A stretch of 64,000 nucleotides of DNA, taken from a virus. Each line of letters begins with the position of its first letter. Position 1 is the first letter of the stretch. A program made the position numbers and the translations under genes. Shown in pieces: positions 46,932 through 57,241 of the stretch. The stretch is from the UHGV virus genome UHGV-0072281. One strand, given 5' to 3'. Below the pieces are notes generated by a model. The model saw nothing but the letters and a program-made list of their open reading frames with translations, had not been told where the DNA came from and ran no database searches.

Positions 46932-49900
46932 CTAAGTACGATCCCCTAACTGCTTCCCGTTAAGTTCTCGTTTCAGTACAGAAAGTATCCATTTCCACGC
47001 TTTACTCGTGATATGGTACGGATTGCGTTTCTCCATTAAGAACTGCTTTTCACCGCTACGCAGTTCAAAGCTCTGCGCATTAAGGTAGTCCTGACGATAG
47101 ATTTTCTCATCAAAAACTTCCAATGAACAGGTAAAGTTAAGTTCGTACCCTTCAGGATTATTACCCGGCGGGTCTAAGACAATATAGATGTCCTGGCCTA
47201 CACGTAAATCCGTTGGAGTGATGGTAATCGCTTTACCCACATCGGCGTTAGTCGACAGAGCAAACTCCGCACTGTCCGTAGACGCTAAGAATGGGTCTTT
47301 CCCTGCGTCGCCAATAATCACTTTACCTGGCCAGTTACTTTTTATCGTTCCCGTCACTTTTGCAATTCGATATTGCTGTTTATCAACACCTTGTGCAAAA
47401 CGGAGAATGAGTTTGTGACGATAACGACTTGCAGCAACCTTAGTCGTACTCCACACATTGTTCCAGGAAGTGTGCAGTTCATTGTTCTTCGCCATCAACG
47501 CACCACGAGACAGTTTACGGTCAAAGAACTGCGCAGGTAACTGCCCATCGTGAGAAACCGCAACACTTCCCTGACCAGTTGGCAAGGCAATGCTCTCCGT
47601 GGCACGGTATTTTTGACTAATCTCATAAGTCGCAGGGTCAATCACAGACTGACTATAATCAGCGTCTTTGTTATCAGCCAAATACCCAACGGATGAATCC
47701 AGATACGACTCAAACAACGAACGTAAGTAATGATACTTATCAATGTCGATATTGTTCGTAACCGGATCAATCAGTGCGTGGCTAATCGTTACTCGGCATT
47801 TCGCGCTCAGTTCTTTAAACGATAATCCTATTCCGTCACCGGTGAAATAATCCACTAAGTCGAACGGGAATTGAATTTCCAACTGACGTTGTTTAACTGT
47901 CGTCGTCCCAAACTGCGAGAACGACAACGCTAAACGTAACACACGCGTACTTACGTTATAACGGTAACGAATCATCCCACGAGGTGCATGGTTTGCAGAG
48001 ATTTTATCTCGGGCGGCGCCCCAGCCAATCAAATCGAGAATCGCAGCATTCGTTTCTTCACCGTTGAACAACACATCCTTAAACGTTGCATTCACCGCTG
48101 TTTCCCCAGACTCTTCCATTACCAACGGAATGTCAGTAACGGCAGAATCTGAACGGGAACCAATCCCCAGCTTACACGCTTTGGCAGTTAGGTCAATGCG
48201 CAGATAGCGACGTTTAACGCTACTCCCTTGCGTTGACGAGCATAGAACCAAATCCGGCGCAGCAGCAAGGGCTTGCGTCCCACCAACATCGTCAACATCG
48301 AATGCAAACGAGCCTTCGAAAGTCGGTGCGTTGTTTTCTTTCGGGTTAAACGGTGTAAACCAACAATACGGCGTAGCACCTTCAGGTATCACAACGTATT
48401 GAAGACTGGATTTCACGTTTTGGTTGTGTGCGTAAGTATAAAGACCGCGACTGACAAGATGGAAAACATCACCTGTACCGGCTGTTAACGCTTTCCTAAA
48501 GATACACGCTCTCGGTTCGGCAATAGCACGGTTTAATAACGGCAAACGTGGGTTATCCGTTAGCGTCCAGTCCACAGAACTGAGTCCGTGCGCTTTACGA
48601 GTGTCGATGTGTTCACTAACCTCGGCACTTTTCCCGAAATCGAACGTGGTTTCGAACCCAACTGTTTTATTCGCGTAATTCTCACCAGCAACAATATCAA
48701 CGTAACCGATATAACCACGTTCAGGATCAACTGCGATGCTCTGAATAGGTTCAGCACGCGAATATAGAGAGCCTGTGAGCATGTTAACGTACAGATAGTG
48801 ACGAATCCCTACGTGGGTTGTAACAAACTCCTGGAGAAGCTCTACGCGCGTTTCAGGGCCACTGAAGTAAACAGGGTAATCACCGTCGTAAACTTCAAAT
48901 TGCACAGCTGCTGATTTTGCAGTGTCACTGCATTCTGCTTTAACAGCGATTGTGTAATTTTCAACATCTAACGACGTTGTGTAGTTCATTAACAACGGAG
49001 ATTCACCGGTAGCGGCCACAACACCATTTACATAAATGGTTATCCTTCCACCGCCAGCGGCGTAAACAAACAGCCTATTCTGATAAGCTTTGACCCGTAT
49101 TTTAGCCAACACTGATACAACGGACTGTTCACCCATCTGTGTAGCGCTTTTACCTACCGGAACTGACTGAAACCCCATTGTTGGAGGATCAACAATTCCA
49201 TCCCAACTAATCCCAGTACCTCTACTAACTTTCCCCGTAGGCCAAGTCAGCTCAAGCTGGTTGTTCGGTGAGAACCAGTTAAACATCGGGGTGGTTTGTA
49301 AGTCAATCGCACCAGTAACGACACCGTCGGCCTTTCCTCCATTCAGCAAATAGAAGTATTTCAAATCCTGAACGGAGATTGTCGTACCCTGGCTATTAAA
49401 ACGCCAGTCTGCGCCTTTTACAGCAGCGAAATCAGTTACTGTTCCTTCTTTCGCGTTTGCTATCGCAGCGGCCACCACATCTAAACGTGCTGAAAGCTCT
49501 TTTAAGATGTTCGGTACCACTGCTCGGTTTTCAACTAAACCGTTCTGGTTAGTTGCGTAACGGCCAATACCGTAAATAGACTGCGAGGCTTTATAAATGC
49601 CTAACTCTGACCAGCCGTGATGGTGGCCGACATCTGCTAAACCGCTAACCGATGTATTCAATGCGGTAGACAACGGTTTGTCAAGGTCTGCGGTGTTGTC
49701 CGCTTGCCCTAATCCCAGATCGGCTTTCGTGATTGTCCTGGAACCGTCGTCCATCGCTTTACCGTTAATCATGGTCGTTTTAGTCACGTACCCTGATAAG
49801 TCGGTTGAATACGGCGTTAATGACGCAGGGGTTGCAGCAACCCCAACCGTTTCTGTGCCTTTACCGGTTTTAAGTTTAACGACACCTTTTTCAGTGGTTG

Positions 49901-51116
49901 ACGCTTTCGTCGGGTCGATAGCCCCCACGATAGGATCGGCTCGAGAACCTTTACCAGTGAAACTGATCCCATTACGGCCTTCGATATACACTTTGGAGTC
50001 ATCAGGGTCGCTACCGCCACCAGAACCCGCATCAGGGTCTTGTTGGTATTCCATAAGTGCGGTGGTGGTCAGTAACGGGTTACCGTTCAGGGTGAGTTTG
50101 TTCATCCCTAAAACATCGCCCGTTGACTCGATGCGTAACATGTTTTTACCCGCACGCCAGTTAATGTAACGTCCCGCGCTAGTGCCTTCCAAATGACCTA
50201 CCGCCAATACCACAGAACCGTTGGATTTTAACGTAAAGCCGTCATTCGCAAAAATGATTTCTGACTCACCGTTTTTCGAACGGAATTGTGCGCGGTTTCC
50301 TGACACCGTACAGTTAAACACACCCCGTACTTCCGAAGAAATCCAGTGGGAGATATACGTGTCAATAACCGACTGTGGTAAACGAAACGCTTTCAGCTCA
50401 TCCGTCAACGCTTTCAACTTTAACCCGTACGCCATAAAGGTGTCAGGGGTTTTCAGGTTAACGGGATGTGCATTAATTTGTGCACTTGTGGTTTCGTGTG
50501 GGTTCGTCGCGGCAATATGTGCTGGGTAGTTAAACGCTTCGATTTCTTTACCCAACGCGGTCACTAACGCTTTAACTTCAGCTAATTTATCTTTAATTAG
50601 CTGGTTAGCGTCATCGGTTTTCAGCTCGATATCGTGAATCGCCGACGCTAAGTATTTTTTGTTCAGCAAATCCGCCCAGGACGTTGCCGCAGGCGTAGCT
50701 GGGTATAGCGACGGTCTACCGTCTAACAACAACCAGTCTGCACTGACTGGGTTATTCAAATATTTCACCAACTCGTCGAGCATCTCAACGAACGGGTCGT
50801 AGAACGTACCGCCGAGCATTTGTCCTTCAAAGGTTACGATGCCTTTGATGGATGGGTTGATAAGGTGTACCCCACAATACACGTTGGCTGCTACCGAGTC
50901 ATCCAGTTCCGTCAGCTGATATTGTAGTTCGTAGTCCACCCCACGACTCAGTGGGGTGGTTGAACCCGGTTGTCTGACGACTAAGTCTTCAAAGAACGGG
51001 CGATGGTCTAAAATCACCACCCGGTCGTTGTTGTTTTCTGACCCGATGATACGCTCCTCTAAGAAGTGATTCTCGGTTTTCGTCCCCCGAGGATCGTAAG
51101 GATACGCTTTCATCAA
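46932..51116 (-). CDS. Giant tail fibre / tail spike-like structural protein
   Basis: 1394 aa; N-terminal block DHRPFFEDLVVRQ...GVDYEL homologous to neighbours. Confidence 0.65.
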   Translation of the reverse strand: MMKAYPYDPRGTKTENHFLEERIIGSENNNDRVVILDHRPFFEDLVVRQPGSTTPLSRGVDYELQYQLTELDDSVAANVYCGVHLINPSIKGIVTFEGQMLGGTFYDPFVEMLDELVKYLNNPVSADWLLLDGRPSLYPATPAATSWADLLNKKYLASAIHDIELKTDDANQLIKDKLAEVKALVTALGKEIEAFNYPAHIAATNPHETTSAQINAHPVNLKTPDTFMAYGLKLKALTDELKAFRLPQSVIDTYISHWISSEVRGVFNCTVSGNRAQFRSKNGESEIIFANDGFTLKSNGSVVLAVGHLEGTSAGRYINWRAGKNMLRIESTGDVLGMNKLTLNGNPLLTTTALMEYQQDPDAGSGGGSDPDDSKVYIEGRNGISFTGKGSRADPIVGAIDPTKASTTEKGVVKLKTGKGTETVGVAATPASLTPYSTDLSGYVTKTTMINGKAMDDGSRTITKADLGLGQADNTADLDKPLSTALNTSVSGLADVGHHHGWSELGIYKASQSIYGIGRYATNQNGLVENRAVVPNILKELSARLDVVAAAIANAKEGTVTDFAAVKGADWRFNSQGTTISVQDLKYFYLLNGGKADGVVTGAIDLQTTPMFNWFSPNNQLELTWPTGKVSRGTGISWDGIVDPPTMGFQSVPVGKSATQMGEQSVVSVLAKIRVKAYQNRLFVYAAGGGRITIYVNGVVAATGESPLLMNYTTSLDVENYTIAVKAECSDTAKSAAVQFEVYDGDYPVYFSGPETRVELLQEFVTTHVGIRHYLYVNMLTGSLYSRAEPIQSIAVDPERGYIGYVDIVAGENYANKTVGFETTFDFGKSAEVSEHIDTRKAHGLSSVDWTLTDNPRLPLLNRAIAEPRACIFRKALTAGTGDVFHLVSRGLYTYAHNQNVKSSLQYVVIPEGATPYCWFTPFNPKENNAPTFEGSFAFDVDDVGGTQALAAAPDLVLCSSTQGSSVKRRYLRIDLTAKACKLGIGSRSDSAVTDIPLVMEESGETAVNATFKDVLFNGEETNAAILDLIGWGAARDKISANHAPRGMIRYRYNVSTRVLRLALSFSQFGTTTVKQRQLEIQFPFDLVDYFTGDGIGLSFKELSAKCRVTISHALIDPVTNNIDIDKYHYLRSLFESYLDSSVGYLADNKDADYSQSVIDPATYEISQKYRATESIALPTGQGSVAVSHDGQLPAQFFDRKLSRGALMAKNNELHTSWNNVWSTTKVAASRYRHKLILRFAQGVDKQQYRIAKVTGTIKSNWPGKVIIGDAGKDPFLASTDSAEFALSTNADVGKAITITPTDLRVGQDIYIVLDPPGNNPEGYELNFTCSLEVFDEKIYRQDYLNAQSFELRSGEKQFLMEKRNPYHITSKAWKWILSVLKRELNGKQLGDRT

Positions 51117-51126
51117 AAAATTCTCC

Positions 51127-54100
51127 TTAATCGCGAATGATTACCGCCTGCACTAAATTGTTGGTGTCGATAAACGACATTACGCGCTCCTTGTTAAGAT
51201 AAGGAGGTATCGGTAACGCAGCGTAATCCGCCAGGTTGTTATTAAACTCGGTTGCCACTAGCGCATTAAGCGTTTCAGGGTCTGAGCTTGTCCCGGCCAA
51301 TTCCATAACACGTACACGATTTAACGAGGAATAGTTGCTGATATAATCCAACAGCGTACCGTAGAGTTTATTCCCGGTTATGCTGTCCGCCGTAGAGCGG
51401 ATATTGGCACGCACTTCGTCCTCATAAAGTCCCCCTAATCCGTAGTAAATAGGGGTATACGGATCGTTAACGATAGGCGCGAGGTTGAACCCGGTTAAAC
51501 GGTCGGTCAGCGAGATTTTCTGCGTAGTACCACCTACCGCCGTACAGCTTACGTATTTATCTGCGGCAGATAAATACACCACAATAGTGTAAACAGTACC
51601 TGCTAAGGTCAGCGTTGCGTTAAACGTTAATTCGTTATTCGCATCACGCGTATGGCTAAATGACACATCGGGTTGTAACGTACTCCACGGTGCAGGTGTA
51701 ACACGTTTCGTTGGCGTGAAACCTAACACCACAGATTTCCCGTTACCGAAGTTTAAACCAAACCCGGCGTAACAATATTCACCATTACTGTCAGTTAAAC
51801 GATAGCCGCGAGTGATAAGTAACGACAACCGCATAAACTCGCCATCGGTGTTTTTCCAACAACCTAAAATGGTTTCTAACACCGTGCCGGTTTTTGCGTT
51901 GCTTTCGGTTTCCCAACTGACTCGCATCCCCGCATTGCTAAATAGGGGGAACAGGTTGTGGATAAATCCATGAACGTTATCACTTACCCCTTTCGCGTCA
52001 AACATCCACTTCGCCGTAAGCTGATCGTATTTCACACCGTCGAGCGCTTTATAACCGTCTCCAACCACATAACGCCAGTCTGCTTCACCACGCACAACCG
52101 CTTGGAGTCCAGAAGCCCAGCAGGGCGCACCTACTGTTAAATTGCTTAACCCCAACACCGCGCGCGAGGCATAACGTTGAATGTGTGCGTTATCGTTAGC
52201 GACGTGGTCTTTCAGCTCACGGAAATCGCCTAACCGCGTCACGTTACGCAACTCCACTACGTCCACTTCGGAAAGATCATTAACAACGAGCCTTCCCACA
52301 CGCGTCATGGTATCCGTCTCAGCTTGATTATAGCTGTCGTGAATAATGTACTTCGCTTTGTTATCGACAATGTCAACAAAAATCCCTGCGTAAACTTCCT
52401 TATTCAGATTCGGGAAACGTTCGGTGACGTTAACCGACATCAACGGTACGTCGTACGTTTCACCACCAATGAAATACGTGGAAGCAGGAAGTGTCACCAG
52501 GATATTGTCTTTAACCGTAACGTCAATTAAGTCGTTACCAGACTTACCAAAACGAATAATGTCAATGCGAGCGCCTGAGTCAACACCACCGACAGTGTTC
52601 TCCAAATCTTCAATCTGGGAAGTCTGCGCCATCACCACACTACTATCGAGTGCTAAAGTGTCATCATCCACATCCAGACCGAATTTAATCAGACCCCGTT
52701 TCGTGGTGTCTGCGTTAGCAACACCGAATACGGAAGACGGGTGTTGGTGAACCTTCGGTGAGTATTTGTCCAGCTCGGTCTGCTGTGCAACAGAAATCGG
52801 TAAGTCAACGTCCGGGGTATTCGCAACGTTACCTAAACCAAAGGTAATTTTGTCGATAGTAACCGAACTGGTAAGCTGCATGTCGTTGATGTACGACTTG
52901 GCGGCAACTAACTTACCGGTAAACTCTGCGTCCAGTTTTTCAATTAACGCGGGTGTCGCTGCAAGGTTTTCAGCCGTACCGAATTCGTCCGTTAACTGCC
53001 AGCAGGCTAAGGTAGTAACGTCATTGGCAACCGGAAGGATAAACGTTACGACAAAGGGCGATGCTTTAATCCCGCTGCCAGTAAGTTCTACGGTAGACGT
53101 AGACGCACCGTAGAACAGACCTGTACCGCCTGCGGTATTACCCGGCAAATACGGCCCGACTGTAGTGGGGTCTAAGAGCTTCTTACCACGCCACAGTAAT
53201 CCACGGTCATCAGGATATAGCACAAGCTGGTTATCGCCCGCCTGTAACGTTACCGGGTTGTTACCCACGTTAACGTCAGTAGAACCTTGACCGATGAACT
53301 TAATGGATTTCGGATCAACGACAAACTGGGCACCTAAACGTGTCTCGTCAACAACATCAGGTGCTTTCTTAATGGTAACCGTGTTACCTTTGTTTTGCGA
53401 ACTAATGGTGACAGCATCAGCAACGTTGTTAATCCACGTTTTAAAATGATATTGATTTTCCAACGCTTCTAGCGCAGAATCCATGTTATCAAAATTAATT
53501 CTGGCACTGTAAGTTTTACCGTTTACCGTAACGACAGCATCGAACACGTTCCCCGTGCGCTTCAACTGGAAACGTAATGAGAAATCGCTGTTAGGTATTG
53601 CCGGATCAGGAGCTTGAGAAATATACCTTACCTGCGGAACTGTACCAACAGTATTAAGGCTTAGCGAAACTTCAATAGAGATAGTATCGCCCCAGATTCC
53701 GGCTTTTATCTCGACAAACTTGCCAGCGATTGTGCCCGGGTTCTCGTAAAACCGCATAATCGCGGAACCGACCGCCTCATTACCCGACGCAGTTTTTATA
53801 CCAGTGACAATAAAGTCAATATCTTGCAGGTTAGCGGGTACCGCATTAAAAGAAGCACTAAATCCATTCTTCGTTCCTGTGTAACGAAGCGCGCCGTGAT
53901 ACCTGTGACCACTACTAACATAGTTTTCGCTAAAATAAGGGTTCACGTATTTAGACATCGAAACCGGATCAACTTCTGTCGTGAACGAAGTAAAACCGGG
54001 CAGCGTTCCAATGGTTCCGTCGGCCGTTTTCGTAGTTGACGTGCGCAGTAGTTTCTTTTGCGCAATCAATGTTTCTTGCGTTGGATACTTAGCATTAACA

Positions 54101-55452
54101 TAATCTGTTAACTGCGGCTTCGTTTTTCCGTAAGCTAACGCTGTATCCGTCGCAATACCATTCAACTCTAACGCACGGATCGCCCCCCACGTGTCGCTGT
54201 GCGGGTTGTCCTTACGTGTAACGTGTTCGTGTGCGGGTGCGTTACGATACAACTGCTCAACTAACTGATGGTACTTAACGATTAACTGATAAACGTCATT
54301 ACTTACGTCAGCTTCTGGCGAACCAGGTAACGCAAGGAATTGAGCGTAATCGTTTTCAGCCGCCCACCAGTTTAAGTTAACGTTGGTTTTGTATTTCAGC
54401 CACTTCGCAACGTCTGTTTTGCTGTAACCTGCTGAGAATTCGTCTGGCGGTGTGTCAACGTTAAACGTATAGTCCATGGACTGTTTGTTAGTCGTCACCT
54501 CGATAACGTATACACCGTTACCCGGTTGACGGACAACGCTAAACGTTAACTCGCCTTTTAATTCATCGTCGGTCAAACCGTTGATTAACGTATAATCGTA
54601 ATCGGTTGAACCACTGCCTAACGCAACCGTCAGTCGTAGGCCAATTTTACGTTGTTTTAATTGGAGACGAAGGATACTTGCGCCACCGTTCGCGTAGCAC
54701 AACATCCAATCGATTTGTTCATTCGGGTTAATACTCCCCATATTCGGAAAAATAGCCGGAATACGGTATTTCATCGACAGGGAATATTCATTTAACGTGG
54801 TGGTTTTGTACGTAACGGAGAAACGACGTTTGGCGGTGTTGTAGGTATACCCACCTTTGTTATCGTACGTTGCGTACTGTTCAGACGTGATAACCGTACC
54901 ATTAGCACGATGTTCGATATCTAACGTGTTGCGCGCAATCGGGTCTAACCGATTCACCACGTTGCCTAACGAATCACCTAAGCCTGCAATGGCCTGCATT
55001 AATTCCAGTTCACCTTTCCAGTTTTCCCAGTCGAACTGAATGTCAACCGGTGGAAAGTAAACATCACCAATAACGGTATCCCATTGACACGCAGACGGGT
55101 ATTTATCTTTATTGAGTTCGCGTTCTGCGGTAATCTGTTCTTGGGTCGCTTCACCACAACCTACGGCGTGGTAATCTACCGTGAAATTCGATTTGTATTT
55201 GTCGTTAACAATCCAAATCATCCCGTGCACGAGATAGGCTGTGCGCAACATACCGGTCTCGTACGGGTGTGTAATAACGTAATCGTCGCCTAAGGTCAGT
55301 ATTTTGCCGCCGCTCTTGACCACCAGGGATGTGGTGAAAAAAGGGGCGTGGGCAGGTACCAACATTCGGTACTTCGTACCAATGACGGCGACCGCTTCAC
55401 CGGTTATTTTATTCCCCGGTTCTTTGAAGTGTGGGTCTAGGACGACAGCCAT
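51127..55452 (-). CDS. Giant tail fibre / tail spike-like structural protein
   Basis: 1441 aa; N-terminal block AHAPFFTTSLVVK...GDDYVI homologous to neighbours; first gene of minus-strand operon. Confidence 0.65.
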   Translation of the reverse strand: MAVVLDPHFKEPGNKITGEAVAVIGTKYRMLVPAHAPFFTTSLVVKSGGKILTLGDDYVITHPYETGMLRTAYLVHGMIWIVNDKYKSNFTVDYHAVGCGEATQEQITAERELNKDKYPSACQWDTVIGDVYFPPVDIQFDWENWKGELELMQAIAGLGDSLGNVVNRLDPIARNTLDIEHRANGTVITSEQYATYDNKGGYTYNTAKRRFSVTYKTTTLNEYSLSMKYRIPAIFPNMGSINPNEQIDWMLCYANGGASILRLQLKQRKIGLRLTVALGSGSTDYDYTLINGLTDDELKGELTFSVVRQPGNGVYVIEVTTNKQSMDYTFNVDTPPDEFSAGYSKTDVAKWLKYKTNVNLNWWAAENDYAQFLALPGSPEADVSNDVYQLIVKYHQLVEQLYRNAPAHEHVTRKDNPHSDTWGAIRALELNGIATDTALAYGKTKPQLTDYVNAKYPTQETLIAQKKLLRTSTTKTADGTIGTLPGFTSFTTEVDPVSMSKYVNPYFSENYVSSGHRYHGALRYTGTKNGFSASFNAVPANLQDIDFIVTGIKTASGNEAVGSAIMRFYENPGTIAGKFVEIKAGIWGDTISIEVSLSLNTVGTVPQVRYISQAPDPAIPNSDFSLRFQLKRTGNVFDAVVTVNGKTYSARINFDNMDSALEALENQYHFKTWINNVADAVTISSQNKGNTVTIKKAPDVVDETRLGAQFVVDPKSIKFIGQGSTDVNVGNNPVTLQAGDNQLVLYPDDRGLLWRGKKLLDPTTVGPYLPGNTAGGTGLFYGASTSTVELTGSGIKASPFVVTFILPVANDVTTLACWQLTDEFGTAENLAATPALIEKLDAEFTGKLVAAKSYINDMQLTSSVTIDKITFGLGNVANTPDVDLPISVAQQTELDKYSPKVHQHPSSVFGVANADTTKRGLIKFGLDVDDDTLALDSSVVMAQTSQIEDLENTVGGVDSGARIDIIRFGKSGNDLIDVTVKDNILVTLPASTYFIGGETYDVPLMSVNVTERFPNLNKEVYAGIFVDIVDNKAKYIIHDSYNQAETDTMTRVGRLVVNDLSEVDVVELRNVTRLGDFRELKDHVANDNAHIQRYASRAVLGLSNLTVGAPCWASGLQAVVRGEADWRYVVGDGYKALDGVKYDQLTAKWMFDAKGVSDNVHGFIHNLFPLFSNAGMRVSWETESNAKTGTVLETILGCWKNTDGEFMRLSLLITRGYRLTDSNGEYCYAGFGLNFGNGKSVVLGFTPTKRVTPAPWSTLQPDVSFSHTRDANNELTFNATLTLAGTVYTIVVYLSAADKYVSCTAVGGTTQKISLTDRLTGFNLAPIVNDPYTPIYYGLGGLYEDEVRANIRSTADSITGNKLYGTLLDYISNYSSLNRVRVMELAGTSSDPETLNALVATEFNNNLADYAALPIPPYLNKERVMSFIDTNNLVQAVIIRD

Positions 55453-55519
55453 TATCTACTCCTATAGTCCGTGGGCGTCGAGTTCATACTATGACTTGAA
55501 TCTATTGAGGAAAAGAGCT

Positions 55520-56782
55520 GTGACTACTGCTTATCAAGTACGGCCTGACAGCGCTTTTGGCTTCTCTCGAGAGACCCGTACCTGGGGAGCCATCGACGTC
55601 ACGCAACCCTTAGAAACCTTGTGTTCTGATTACCATATTTTCGAAGTCGGTCTGAGTGCGCTTGGTAAAGACTATACGTTAATTAGCCAATATCACCTCG
55701 CTGACTTACAAAACCGTACCGATACTTTACAAGACTGGCTGAATGAAAAAGCCGGTATCGTTATCTCTGAGTTGAATGACGGTTTACCGACGTTAGAGTT
55801 TGATTGGGCACACTACCAATCGATTAATGCCGATGTTCCGGTAGAAACCTACCTGTGTCCTCCCGGTTATCACTACAGTCAAGATTTCAGTATAGACGAT
55901 GCTGACGACGTTGTGATAGTGTGTGAAGATAAATGGAAAGACAAATACCGTAACGGGGTGTTGTACAACATCAACGGACAGTGGGTACCGCATCAATCCG
56001 ATACTGTTGGTGTACGTTTACCAGGTGCGGGTAAGATAGTACGTCGTGCAGGGACACCGGATATCGGGTGCATGGTCTTTAGTAAATTGGGGAATGTTAA
56101 AACGTACCCCATTGCTAACTTGACCTTAAACAAGCTCGACACCACCCGTGACTATTATTCCACGTTAATGATTTCTTTACCGGAATCTATTACGGGTAAA
56201 ACCGTGGGGTTTGTTATCGGGGGACTGATACACTGGTTGCCTGTTACTGGGTACTTCTCCGACAAAGCCATTATGGTGTCGCTACCGAACTTTGACGTTG
56301 CGCGTACTGTGTTAGAAACGCGTCGTTATTACGACTGGGATAGCATAGGCGTTGGCGATTTGTCATCACCGACCAGTGTGCAGCGTATCCGTAACCCAGA
56401 AACGTTAAAGGCGCTTTTAACCCACGAGTCGTCGTTTATCTTTACGGTGGATAATCCGTACCTGGAAGAAGAAGTTGTGGGGGTTTCTCACAACGCTATC
56501 TGGGGACGTTTATACCTTAAAGATCCTAATGACCCTGACGGTGAGAAACAACTGGGGTATCTGTTAAACCGCTTCGGTAAAACTGTTGCTTATTGGCCGA
56601 CGTGGGAAGAAGGGGAATGGGTATTTAACACCACGGAATTCGACAGTCAAAACTACGTGTTCCGTGAGGCCCGTTGGTATAACCAGAATAAAATTAACGA
56701 TGCACAGGCAATCGTAGGGCCTTTCGGTCCCTGGGAAAAAGTCTATTTGGAAATGCATCGTTTCCGTGCAAGAAAAAAATAA
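55520..56782 (+). CDS. Hypothetical protein
   Basis: GTG 55520 with GAGGA RBS; track ORF begins at 55304 but that would overlap the divergent minus-strand gene by ~150 nt. Confidence 0.5.
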   Translation: MTTAYQVRPDSAFGFSRETRTWGAIDVTQPLETLCSDYHIFEVGLSALGKDYTLISQYHLADLQNRTDTLQDWLNEKAGIVISELNDGLPTLEFDWAHYQSINADVPVETYLCPPGYHYSQDFSIDDADDVVIVCEDKWKDKYRNGVLYNINGQWVPHQSDTVGVRLPGAGKIVRRAGTPDIGCMVFSKLGNVKTYPIANLTLNKLDTTRDYYSTLMISLPESITGKTVGFVIGGLIHWLPVTGYFSDKAIMVSLPNFDVARTVLETRRYYDWDSIGVGDLSSPTSVQRIRNPETLKALLTHESSFIFTVDNPYLEEEVVGVSHNAIWGRLYLKDPNDPDGEKQLGYLLNRFGKTVAYWPTWEEGEWVFNTTEFDSQNYVFREARWYNQNKINDAQAIVGPFGPWEKVYLEMHRFRARKK

Positions 56783-56830
56783 GTAACCTCCTACCCTCTA
56801 AGAGGGTAGGAGTAGCACGTTTTTTTTTTC
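56770..56830. terminator. Bidirectional rho-independent terminator
   Basis: A-run, hairpin cctaccctc-taag-agggtagg, then T10 run. Confidence 0.75.
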
Positions 56831-56832
56831 AC

Positions 56833-57042
56833 TTAGTCTTTTTTGTAGACAATCGCGTTACCGTGCAGTTTGTTGTTACCGGAAATACCGATAACTTTAA
56901 ACGCTTCACCGCCGATCTTTTCAGCTTCGACAGCCAGCTTAGCAGTAACGTCGTCTACGGTATCACCGAAAGCGCTTACGTTACCAATTTTCTTGAACTC
57001 TTCAGGAATGTGTTCAGCAGAAGAGAATTCTTTAATAGCCAT
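56833..57042 (-). CDS. Small protein resembling the DUF1471 (YdgH/BhsA/McbA) domain, without signal peptide
   Basis: 69 aa; C-terminal ISGNNKLHGNAIVYKK resembles the conserved G.NnkL.GTA..YK end of that family (from memory); GGAGAG RBS. Confidence 0.45.
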   Translation of the reverse strand: MAIKEFSSAEHIPEEFKKIGNVSAFGDTVDDVTAKLAVEAEKIGGEAFKVIGISGNNKLHGNAIVYKKD

Positions 57043-57103
57043 AGCTACTCTCCAGTTAAAGAAAGGAAGGACTGTATCGTGTTACAACCAAAGCATATGA
57101 TAG

Positions 57104-57124
57104 CTCCTCCCCGAAGGGAGGAGA
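57104..57124. other. Stem-loop ctcctcccc-gaa-gggaggag
   Basis: Perfect 8-9 bp inverted repeat between two minus-strand genes; T-run geometry not canonical for either strand. Confidence 0.3.
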
Positions 57125-57241
57125 GAGTGCGCGAAAAAAGTGGCCTGCTTAACTAAACGATGAGGTTTAAGAAAAGTGTTGATAAGAAGCTTACCAACGT
57201 CAGGTCACAATATATAATACCAACGTAAGAAAAAGGGGAAA

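Noticed and set aside
41772-55293. Numerous 60-160 aa ORFs on either strand inside the giant structural genes
   Set aside because: All lie within longer ORFs with consistent operon structure; no independent RBS or terminators.
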